Assembly (NCBI GenBank): GCA_038087875.1
Contig: CM075985.1
Span: 7,626,001-7,690,000, forward strand
Direction of reading: 5' to 3'
Origin: Malacoraja senta
Taxonomy: Eukaryota
DNA length: 64,000 nucleotides
Program-made: the position numbers and the translations under genes
The notes under the pieces: generated by a model
Seen by the model: the letters and a program-made list of their open reading frames with translations, nothing else
Told to the model about the DNA's origin: nothing
Database searches by the model: none
In this document: piece after piece, positions 1-32,600 of the stretch
How positions within the stretch are numbered: position 1 is the stretch's first letter
How the letters are laid out: every line of letters begins with the position of its first letter

Positions 1-939
1 TAAGGCTGCCAGGTCCATGGCATCCAGCAACTGAGATAATAAGTCTTCAACAACCAAAATCGATATATTTTTAGAATAAACAAGGGAGTAAATGTCAAGG
101 ACATTTACTCCCTTTCCACCTCAGAAATCCAGGTCTTTTACATGATCCAATCAAAAATAATTTTGTGCTTATGGTGGTAGATTTCATTGACACGCAATAT
201 CTTCTTTGCTTCCTGATTGCCATGTAACACAGCATAAATTGGTAATGAGACCATACATTAGAGAAATTGTTGCATTCATTGACTTCTTCAGGTACTGATG
301 TGTTCCAGAGGCTTGTCACAGCTCTATTCTTTCCAAAAAGGGCCTCCATCCTTTTTCTCAAACTACAGGGGACATGCCAGCCTAGTTTTGTCAGTGACAT
401 TCTTGTCTCTATGAGCTTAAACCTTATTGCGTGTTGGAACAGATAAATGTAGAGGTGCAAGTATTGTGGACAATACGAGTTACAAAATAAATGCCATGTC
501 TCACTTTTTTGATAGCATTGCATTTGAACAATAACTAATTGCTTGTCATGTTTCACAATATCTTTGAGGATGTTATCTGGTGGATAAATGTAAACTAAAT
601 TAGTCTGTTAATCATTAGATAGTTGCTTGTTGATCTGTAGAATTGGTTGAATTAGGGCACAGTTGGAAGCATCAAATTATAAGCAGTGTACATTCACACT
701 AGAGAGTAAACTTCAGCTTATCCTTTCAAGGAAATCAAAAGTTAAATGTCAAACCTCATGTGCTGAAAAATCAGATGGCCACATAAATAAATCTCCAGTT
801 CAAGGGTCTTACCATTTCCAATGTATCTGAAGAGTTAACTCAAAGCTGTTATAATTATTCTGCCATTAGAACAGACCAGGTTTGATGGCCAGAATCTCTT
901 ATTCCTTCATTCAAATTTGTAGGTTGCTATGTATGAATG

Positions 940-1050
940 AATTGGCTCGCCACTCTACTCTGGATCATCTTGATAAAAGGAACACATATACGAGGTTGCT
1001 GTTTATTGACTAAAGCTTGGCCTTCAACACTATCATCCCCATGAAATTAT
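940..1050 (+). mobile_element. Rex1/Babar-like LINE RT fragment
   Basis: Decayed translation LDHLDKRNTYTRLLFID*SLAFNTIIP. Confidence 0.6.
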
Positions 1051-1633
1051 GCTTACCACCATAAGCACAACATTATTTTTGATTGGATCATGTAGGGGGG
1101 AGAAAGGGGTGGTTGTGGCAAGTCTGGGGACTCATTACTGTTGAACCTCATGTGACTCCCTGAGCATGACATCTGGCTCAACAGCCTGGTGAGAAAAATA
1201 TAATATAGTCAGTTTCTTGCTTTCAACCCTTAGTGAGCCCCACTAGAGTAGGATGGATCAGGACTGCTGCATGGTCAGCCATTAAAGAGCCCACCAAACA
1301 TGAAGAATGGCCACTTAAAATACTGGAATGTTGCTGAAAGTCAGGGCACTGTATCCAGCAGGGAGAGAGAAAGGCCCAAGTGCTAATATTAAACAGAACA
1401 GCTCTCAATACATCCTATAAACTGAATAAAGTTACTATTACAAGTTAAAATTGACAAAAGGTAAACAAATCTTTAATACATTCACAATCAAAAGATAATG
1501 ATACTTCCTTACATCAGTAATATAAAAAGTCAATTTATCACGGTGGTAAGCAATAGAAACCACTGTGGTAAGGAATAGCTATCCACAGTGGTTTCCAACC
1601 CTTACTCTGAGGCTCCAGTACTATCAACAATGC

Positions 1634-1639
1634 TTTATT
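1634..1639 (-). promoter_or_regulatory. Candidate TMEM209 polyadenylation signal (AATAAA; alternative ATTAAA at 1472-1477)
   Basis: TTTATT on the + strand about 0.8 kb downstream of the stop; not validated. Confidence 0.35.
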
Positions 1640-2452
1640 CACAATTTATAAAAAATATTGAGCCTGAATTAAGAGAACATGGGAGGCCCATACATACTTG
1701 GATGCAGACATTGGAAGCAATACCACATCAGTATGAAATGACGTCTCTACATTATTTTTCTTTTCGCACCTTCTACCCTCCACATTTAACTCATCGGCCT
1801 TTTGCTTCCATCAACATCTATTTGCACCATTAATACTGTGACAGGGCATCATAAATATAAGCCCAGAGTCACTGTTTTGTCAGTATTTCAGAATCAGATT
1901 GCTCAGAGCATGACATTATGAATTTAAAACCCAGCTTAGCTTGCATGTACTTGAAAAAGACAGCACAACACTGGAAACATGATTATTCGAGGCAGAACGT
2001 GATCGCCACAGCAACTTTGTTCAGAGAACGATGAGCACAGAAATAAGTGTCTCTGATCCACAAAGGATTTCACAACCGTGTTACATCAATCTCTCACCAA
2101 AATTTGGTAACATTTTGTAGGTTCACACACAATGCTTCAAAGATCTTGAAATGTACACAATTGCTGCCATTCGTTGCTAATAGGTGCTGTCATTTAAACA
2201 ATGGGACAGAAGGCACTGGTGCAAAATGACAAAACAATCTTAGCAAATGGCCCACAGCCAGATAGCAGCGTGATGAAGTCACAAGGAAAAGGCTGGCTTC
2301 AGTTTCTTTTGCAAAGTCCTGCACATCTCTGTCAAGCATCAGTGTCAGATCAAGGAGAATGTGAAGTGAGCCATGTAGTTTTCAGATGTTGAGTAGACAT
2401 AATTACTGCTTTACCTCAATACCAATACTGGAGAATGATGTTTCCTGATAAC

Positions 2453-24524
<22,072 letters not shown>

Positions 24525-24724
24525 NNNNNNNNNNNNNNNNNNNNNNNNNNNNNNNNNNNNNNNNNNNNNNNNNNNNNNNNNNNNNNNNNNNNNNNNNNNN
24601 NNNNNNNNNNNNNNNNNNNNNNNNNNNNNNNNNNNNNNNNNNNNNNNNNNNNNNNNNNNNNNNNNNNNNNNNNNNNNNNNNNNNNNNNNNNNNNNNNNNN
24701 NNNNNNNNNNNNNNNNNNNNNNNN
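24525..24724. other. Assembly gap (200 N, probably a placeholder length)
   Basis: Run of N. Confidence 0.99.
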
Positions 24725-24929
24725 AACACAGAAGTTAAAGTGCACTTCAAAATCTTTAACATTAAACTTAAATTTAAGTTTGAAAAAGAGACTGCTGTGT
24801 GAAAATGACCACAAAATGACCTTCTATGTGGTTTTATGCAGTGCAAGGGTAACTTGGTATATAAATGCTGGACTTGGTATTTATGAGAAAACTGTTCAGC
24901 ACAACACTTGCAGTTCATTTCTTTTTGGG

Positions 24930-27595
24930 AACTTTTTTTTGTGATTTTGGGAGGAGCCTACAATCTGGGCAAAACCATTTTTATGGTGTCTCATAATTTT
25001 CTGGCAATTTCAGGCATTCAAAATGAAACCACGAAATAAAACACTTTGGGTTATCACGCATGATAATTTTCCCGCTTTCCCCCTCCTGACAGTAGCATCA
25101 TTTTTGTTCATCCTGGTCATCGGTCTCCATGACATTCTCTGACATATTTTTGGGAGGACTGGTAAAATTGTTACCAACAAGCTCCGGTAACACGCCTAAA
25201 TTGAAGAAGTGAGTGGCAGCAGCTACAGCATCTGCCCAAAAAGTATGATTACCCACTATATGCTCTGTATGGGGCGGACGTCATCACTGGTCCAAACCAC
25301 AAAATCGCAAAACGATCTCTCCGAGACAAATATTTGGGCCTGGACCTGGTAGTAGTAAGCATGCTCATTGGACAGATGAAGCTCACCATTCACATCCTGA
25401 AGACAAAACTGTTTGTCCTCCGCAGTGTACATTAAAGACATGTCCTTCTTACAGAACGGACATTTAGTTTCACAAACACCAAAACATCATCCCCGCAACA
25501 ATGCTCAGCACACTGAACCACACTTGCACCCAAATGAGGGTACTTGGGGTTTATGGTCAGTCCTGAGTCACTATGAAACCGGAGTGTTCAGTACGGCATA
25601 TAATCCTCATAAGCTTGTCTTGCTTGCTGTTCATGATCACAGCCCCATCTTGTTGCCGCGGTGCTTAATCTGCACAGATCGGGGTAGCACACCGATTTAA
25701 TCAGACTAATTGCAGGAGCACCTGCATTTGTCCTGCAAGCACTTTTCAGTTTTGATGCTGTAATGCGGCCTGCCCGATACCTAAACCAGATATTTGATTT
25801 GGCTTGTTGACGAGTGTGTGCCTCCACATTCTTTGCCCCCTCCTCTGTAATAATCATCAATATCACACCTCTTTAGAAGATCAGCATATGTTAAGCTGAA
25901 TGTGTCTTTGTCCGTTAAGGCTGTAAGAATGGGCGGAAATTCTTTAACAGTCTCAGAAGGAACAAATCTTGCTGCATACGGTTCAATAGAGCTGAGTATG
26001 GCCGATTTTGTTGTCATCAGGGACAGGCCCAACAAAAGTTCACTCATTGCTTTGTCCTGCAGCAGCTCCGATGTTGGACACGAAGCGGATGCCACTGTTG
26101 GAGCTTCATCTCAGGTTTGTTGCTGTTTTGGCTCTGTCCCATCTATGGCAGCATCAAGACATCTTCTCTGCTGAAGAGAAGTCAACTTTGCTGACAGGCG
26201 CAGCTTTAACCTGCTTTCTCGTTGGCTCCATCCAATATGCTTTGACCTGGGTGACTTGTTTTCTCACAAATCTACTCCAGCGTCAATACCAAAGAGAAGC
26301 GTTCTACATGGGTACAAACTTCGCCGAGCCCTGCCTTGCAATCACAGTGGGCACTGCACATCTGGCCATTTGTCCCAATAACATAGAAACATAGAAAATA
26401 GGTGCAGGAGTAGGCCATTCGGCCCTGCACCGCCATTCAATATGATCATGGCTGATCATCCAACTCAGTATCTTGTACCTGTCTTCTCTCCATACCCCCT
26501 GATCCCTTTAGCCACAAGGGCCACATCTAACTCCCTCTTAAATATAGCCAATGAACTGGCCTCAACTACCTTCTGTGGCAGAGAGTTCCAGAGATTCACC
26601 ACTCTCTGTGTGAAAAATGTTTTTCTCATCTCGGTCCTAAAGGATTTCCCCTTTATCCTTAAACTGTGACCCCTTGTCCTAGACTTCCCCAACATCGGGA
26701 ACAATCTTCCTGCATCTAGCCTGTCCAACCCCTTAAGAATTTTGTAAGTTTCTATAAGATCCCCCCTCAATCTTCTAAATTCTAGTAAGTACAAGCCGAG
26801 TCTATCCAGTCTTTCTTCATATGAAAGTCCTGACATCCCAGGAATCTGTCTGGTGAACCTTCTCTGTACTCCCTCTATGGCAAGAATGTCTTTCCTCAGA
26901 TTTGGAGACAAAAACTGTACGCAATACTCCAGGTGTGGTCTCACCAAGACCCTGTACAACTGCAGTAGAACTTCCCTGCTCCTATACTCAAATCCTTTTG
27001 CTAACCCACGGCAGCAATGACTTAGAAGTCACGCCTACAGCTTGCGAGTGCAGAACCTGTAGCACAAGGATAATTGAATAGAAAGAGAAAGAAAGTATTA
27101 AAATAGCTTCTAATAAGTAATAGCATAAACAAACGATAGAAAACTTACTTTTCCACACACCACTCGTAAGTGTGGATGAGATTTGGGATATATACACTAG
27201 TGTAGTGTAACCAACCATTTGCAAACTGATTGTAAGTCTCCGATGACTTGTACTCCTGGAAATTATTTGCTGTGTATGGACTGGGTGTTGAGATGAGGTA
27301 TGCCATGAAGTCCATGGAATTCAGTTCTGGCAGTTGGGAGATGTCATGGGATTTCTCAGCTTCAGGCACTAAGTAAGGGTTAATACCAATCAAGGAGACT
27401 TTATGGACATATTGTGCGTACTCCTCAGTTGCTAGATTGGAAGCATACTGCGGATGCTGGGACAGAAGACGGGCACGCTGTACTGGCAGCCATAGAAAGT
27501 GCTTACCTGAAGTTCAACGCTTGTACTCCAGAAGGCGTTGCATGGCAACAGTACGAGTCAGGGGTCGTGACCTCGCCTGCCATGCAAGGACCCTT
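24930..27595 (-). mobile_element. Fossil DNA-transposon accessory gene: SWIM zinc finger, YqaJ/lambda-exonuclease and PHD finger (ISL2EU-like); pseudogenised
   Basis: YKSSETYNQFANGW; SAHCDCKAGLGEVCTH; W..YRAGRITASK...WG.DHE...ETKCPF...YYYQVQAQI...FCDFVVWT; CYCQ...DNPKC..SWFHFECL...KWFCPDC; multiple stops and frameshifts. Confidence 0.85.
26382..27001 (-). mobile_element. Young CR1 3' fragment inserted in the YqaJ-element gene
   Basis: Near-identical to 8010-8618; removing it restores the PWV-IGT frame. Confidence 0.95.
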
Positions 27596-27699
27596 TTGTC
27601 ATATGCACAAGTGAGGTACAGGTACGATGAAAATGTCCTTGCAGCAACATCACAGGCACATGATCTCAGTCAACACAAAAAAACATGAATCAGACATAA

Positions 27700-28560
27700 A
27701 TTAGCCAAGATGGTAAAAAGCAGAAGATTGTGGTAAAGAAAACATTTGGGGAAAAAGCATAATTAGAAAAGTTTGTGGTAGTGCAAGAGGCCTGTAGTAT
27801 TCCCTTGCTGAAGTAGGATTAGTGTTCTGCAGGAAGGTTCTAGAACCCAATAGTTCTGGAGAAAACTTGTTTCTGAACCTGGTGGTGGGAGACTTCAGGC
27901 TTCTGCACCTCCTGCCTGATGATACTGTCATGATGAAGGCTTTAGCCAAATGGTGAGGATTCTTGATGATAGATGCTACCTTCATGATGCAATACCTCAT
28001 ATAGATCCCATGAATGATTGGGTTAACATATGATGACCATTTGTAGGCCCTGGGCCTGTATTTGCTGGAATTTAGAAGGATGAGGGGTCACTTCATCAAA
28101 ACTTACCGAATAGTGAAAGGCTTGGATAGAGTGAATGTATAGAGGATGTTTCCACTAGTGGGAGAGTCTAGGACCAGAGACATTAGCCTCTGAATAAAAG
28201 GACGTACCTTTAGAAAGCTGATGAGAAGAAAGGCCAAGTCAATGGATATTTTTAAGGTGGAGATTGACAGATTCTTGATTAGTACAGGTATCAGGGCTTA
28301 TGGGGCGAAGGCAGGAGAATGGGGTTGAGTGGGAAACATAAATCAGCCATGATTGAATGGCGGAGTAGACTTGATGGGCCGAATGGTCTAATTCTACTTC
28401 TAGAACTTATTAACTTAGATAGATCCCTTCAATTACACGGAGGACAATGCCCATCATGGACTAGGCGGTCCAGCAGTATGTAAAGCTTCCATGCGTTTGA
28501 TTGCCCTACCAGGCTATGGTTCAACCGGTCAGGATCTTTTCGACAGGGTAGGTACAGTTG
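27700..28560 (-). mobile_element. Rex-like LINE 3' fragment interrupted by a CR1 (+) insertion at 28010-28418
   Basis: IIKNPHH...SGRR.RSL...TTRFRN motif; 9-bp TSD ATAGATCCC at 28001-28009 and 28419-28427. Confidence 0.7.
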
Positions 28561-29414
28561 ATTGAAGGCTGAGTTTCAACCCACCATGACTGCTTAAGAA
28601 TTAAGATTCTAATAATTCAATAAATGGATGTAGGGGGGGGGGGGGGTTTAAGAACCAGAGGACATAGGTTTGTGAGAAGGGAACATGTAATAGGAACCTG
28701 AGGGGCAACACATATGGTGGTGGGTATATGTAACAAGCTGCCAGAGGAGATAGTTGAGGTACTATAATAACGTTTAAATGAGGGGCCCCAACCCGAAATG
28801 TCACATCCATTTTCTCCAGAAATACTGCCTGACCCGCTGAGTTACTCCAGCATTTTGTGTCTAATATTTAAAAGACATTTGGACAGGTATGTGGATAGCA
28901 AAGGTTTAGAGGGATACTCGTGTAGATGGGACATCTTGGTTGGCATGGGCAGGTTGGGTTAAATAGCCGGTTTCTGTGCTCTATGACTCCATGGAATTAT
29001 AAAGGTCCAAACTGCGGTGGAGATCGTGAAACAGGAACGGTTGGTCAGATCGTTTGTGAGTCCAGATCCATCATATGTTGATTCTAAAACCCACATCGGG
29101 TCAGGGGAAATTGGGAAACGCAAACGAGTCTCTCTATTTCACGTTGTAACTTCCAGCTTCTATCTACTGACGTAAGTTGTGACTAATTCAAAAACGAGGA
29201 AACTGCAGCCTTGGAGGGGCGCAGTGCAGGCATTTCAAAATGATACTGAAGCTTAAAGGGTTAATTTTCAAGGACAATTGCATAAATTGTATTCTGGTAA
29301 GTGTCCAATGTATTCGAGCGTCATCAAGTGATTATGCTGATGGATATTTCTGGTCTCAATGATTAAGATTTCTCTGGAAAATAATACAGTTCTGATGTAC
29401 ACTGCCTCAATTTG

Positions 29415-29503
29415 TGTGGGAATTATTCCACCTTCTGCAGATTAATGCCACTCATTAATCTCCGAGCCAGGCGGCCGCCCCCACGCCTCTCACCCTTTAA
29501 ATA
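29415..29503 (+). promoter_or_regulatory. Putative CPA core promoter: TGTGGGAA (RBPJ/TC-box, 29415-29422), GC-rich element, TATA-like TTTAAATA (29496-29503)
   Basis: Motifs lie roughly 40-125 nt upstream of the ATG. Confidence 0.5.
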
Positions 29504-29539
29504 CTGACAGGACATTGAGTCTGTCTGCAAGACCGCACC

Positions 29540-29604
29540 ATGGGGAAACTTTTGGTTTTCTCTGCTTTGCTGGTGGCCGTTTGTGCTCAGGGAGGTTTTG
29601 AGGG
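29540..29604 (+). CDS. CPA2: CPA exon 1 ([22 protein letters not shown], signal peptide)
   Basis: Kozak-like GCACCATGG; GTGAGT donor. Confidence 0.9.
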
Positions 29605-32600
29605 GTGAGTCTGTGGCCCAGTGGCGGAGTAACTTTTAAGCGGCCACAAAATGGAGTAACTCAGCAGGTCAGGCAGCATAGAAACATAGAAAACAGGTGC
29701 AGGAGTAGGCCATTCGGCCCTTCGAGCCTGCACCGCCATTCAATATGATCATGACTGATCATATTGGAGCATCTCTGGAGAATATGGATAGCTGACATTT
29801 CGGGACGGGATGAAGGGTCTCAACCCCAAATGTCACGTATCCAGGTTCTCCAGAGATGCTGCCCGACTTGCTGAGTTACTCCAGCACTTTATGTCATTTT
29901 GTTCATTAACCAGCAACTGCAGTTCTTTGTAATTTTCGAGCGGGGTCATTAATATTAGTTTACCAGAAATCAGACTAAACTGTGGGAGATCTTTATGTTG
30001 AATTGTTAAGACTTCGCATCTCATCTTCAATTGTTGAGTAAATTCACCAAGACCGATGTAGAATGTAGGATGGGTGGGGAGGGGGACGGGGGACAACAGT
30101 TGGACTGAGCGGCCCTGCGCTCCAGAATTGGTGGATGGGAGAAAGAACTCGTGGAGAATTCCCACTGTCACAAGATCCCAAAGTTCGAAGGTAATCAAAC
30201 GGTTGAAGCAGGCACCCTCACGACATTTAAAATATATACAGATGAGCGCTTGAAATGCATTGGAGAAGGAGGCAATGGGCGAGTTATGGCAAATAGGATG
30301 AGAATGGACAGGTCCCAACCGGAATCTGAGACAAGTCTCCACAGACAGTACCGGGCGGCGCAGCGGTAGAGTTGCTGCAGTACAGCGCTTGATCCAGACC
30401 ACGGGTGACTATGGAGTTTGTACGTTCTCTCCGTGACAGCGTGGGCTTTCTCCGAGATCTTCGGTTTCCTCCCACACTCCAAAGACGTACAGGTTTGTAG
30501 GTTAATTGGCTTGGTATAAGTGTAATTTGTTCCCGGTGTGTGTGAGGGTCCCTTCTGTCGTGCCCCCCTCCCCCACCCCCAATCTTTGCACATCCCCAAC
30601 CCTGGACTTTCCACTCGTCACTTTAATTTCATAAATCTCCTTGTGTTTGATGACCAATTTCCCTCCTGGGCTAAATAAAGTTCTATCGTATAGTGTTAAT
30701 GTGCGGGGATCCCTGGTCGGTGCGTACTCGGTGGGCCGAAGGGCCTGTTTCCGCGCTGTATCTCTAAACTAAACTAAAGATGCTGCCCGACCTGTTGAGC
30801 AAGAACAGGATGGGCCGAAGGGACGATCTCCGCGTTTCCACTCCCATCTACGAATTCTGGAGCTCAATGAAGGCAGCACATTTAAACCAGATCAATTCTT
30901 TGATAGTCTGAAGAAGGGTCTCGACCCGAAACGTCACCCATTCCTTCTCTCCAGCTACATGTCCCGCTGAGTTACTCCAGCCTTTTGTGTCGATCTTCAA
31001 TTATTTGATAATCGGGTTTGAATGTGATACTTCCCCTGACTTAACTGGGGATACGAGCGACAATGAGAGAGAAACTACATCCAGGTATTTCACGGGCTAG
31101 AAATAGGTGTTTTGTAAGGTTGTAAGATTGGGGAAAGTACGGAGATGGGGATGGCAAGTCTATGTGTGTTGTAACAAAATGTCAACCCCACAGTTTCAAT
31201 CATTTGTAAAAGGGCCAGCAGTGAAATGTGATCAGTAACCGCCGTCCTGCTTACAGGGATCAGGTACTCCGGATCACACTCAGAGATGAGGAACAAGCCA
31301 GCTTGGTGATGTCCATGGAGGAACAGGATCATCTCCAGGTAAGGCCATGGGAAACGTCGCCTCGCCACTCGCTCCGGGTAGAGTTGCAGATACCCGGGGA
31401 GCCTTGAGTGGAAATGTAGAAACAAGGAACTGCAGATGCTGGTTTATCAATGCAAAATGCAATCTGTCTCTCCCTCCAGAAAGGAATCTGATTTTTGTAT
31501 AGTGGGAAACTGGCGTATGGAGCTGACAGTTTGAATCTTATATTCAGCATTGTTGCCAAGAATGTGTCCTCTTGACCTATTCGACACAAAGCAGAGTTTT
31601 CAGTAAATTCACTTTGTACTAAAGGTAGACACAAAGTGCTGGAGTAACTCAGCGAGTCGGGCAGCATCTCTGGAGAAAAAAGATGGTAACGTTTCGGCTC
31701 GGGACCCTTCTTCAGATGTTGACGGGACTTGAGTGCAGTGACCGGACGGCGGCGCCGGCACGAAAAGCCAAGACCGGATGCCGACCGACGACATCACCTA
31801 CCCTTGGCCTCCAGAGATGCTGCCTGGCCCGCTGAATTACTCCAGCATTTTTTGTTGTTGTAAACCTACCAGCATCTCCAGTTCCTTGTATCCCTAATAA
31901 CACGTAGAGCTGGGCAGTGATGAAGGTCGCCACTGGGAATGTGTAAACGCCATGCTTGTTCTCCCCTAGCTTGACATCTGGCGGAGTCCCCTCAAGACCG
32001 ACCTCATCATGGATGTCCGTGTTCCTCGGGGTAGTCTTCAGACCTTCAAGGTGTTTCTGGAGCACAATGGGATCCAATACTCAACAATGATTGAAGACCT
32101 GCAGGTACCCGTGCTAACCCGTGTCACACCGAGGGTCGCTGGCCTGGGCTAAAGGAGGGGCTATATCACCAGCGACCCCGCGTGTGTTTGGGGTCTTGTT
32201 CCTGTGTGGGTGAGAGTTCAGCTGTGTAGTTCTGTGTGCGTGGGGGTGGTGGTGGTGGGGGTGGTGGTGGTGGGGGGGTGTTGTGGGTTCTCAGATATGT
32301 AAGTAGAAACAGGATGAGGATTACACTGGTCTCTGATAAGCAAGTGTAATAATTTGCCGGGAAAGATGTGGCGCAAAAGAAATCCGGAAGAATTTAAGAA
32401 CAGCGAAGATATTGATCATGTTTTGCTCCCCTCCAATCTCATCAAACGGATCAGTTAGTCACTTATTTAATCGCTGATTGTGAGGACTTAAGTGCAGCAA
32501 TTTAACGTGCCTTAGGAATTGGAAAGGCCGATATAATTTTGCATTGCATCTTTTAGATATTGATTGAGAGCGAGAAAGCTGAGCTGGAGCGGTCGACCAT

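Noticed and set aside
95-556. 153-aa minus-strand ORF
   Set aside because: No recognisable domain or convincing exon context; not matched to KLHDC10 or any other expected neighbour.
24725-29400. SSMEM1, expected between TMEM209 and CPA
   Set aside because: No supportable exons seen; it may be absent, diverged or in the gap.
30352-30410. tRNA-like sequence
   Set aside because: Degenerate head of a V-SINE, not a tRNA gene.
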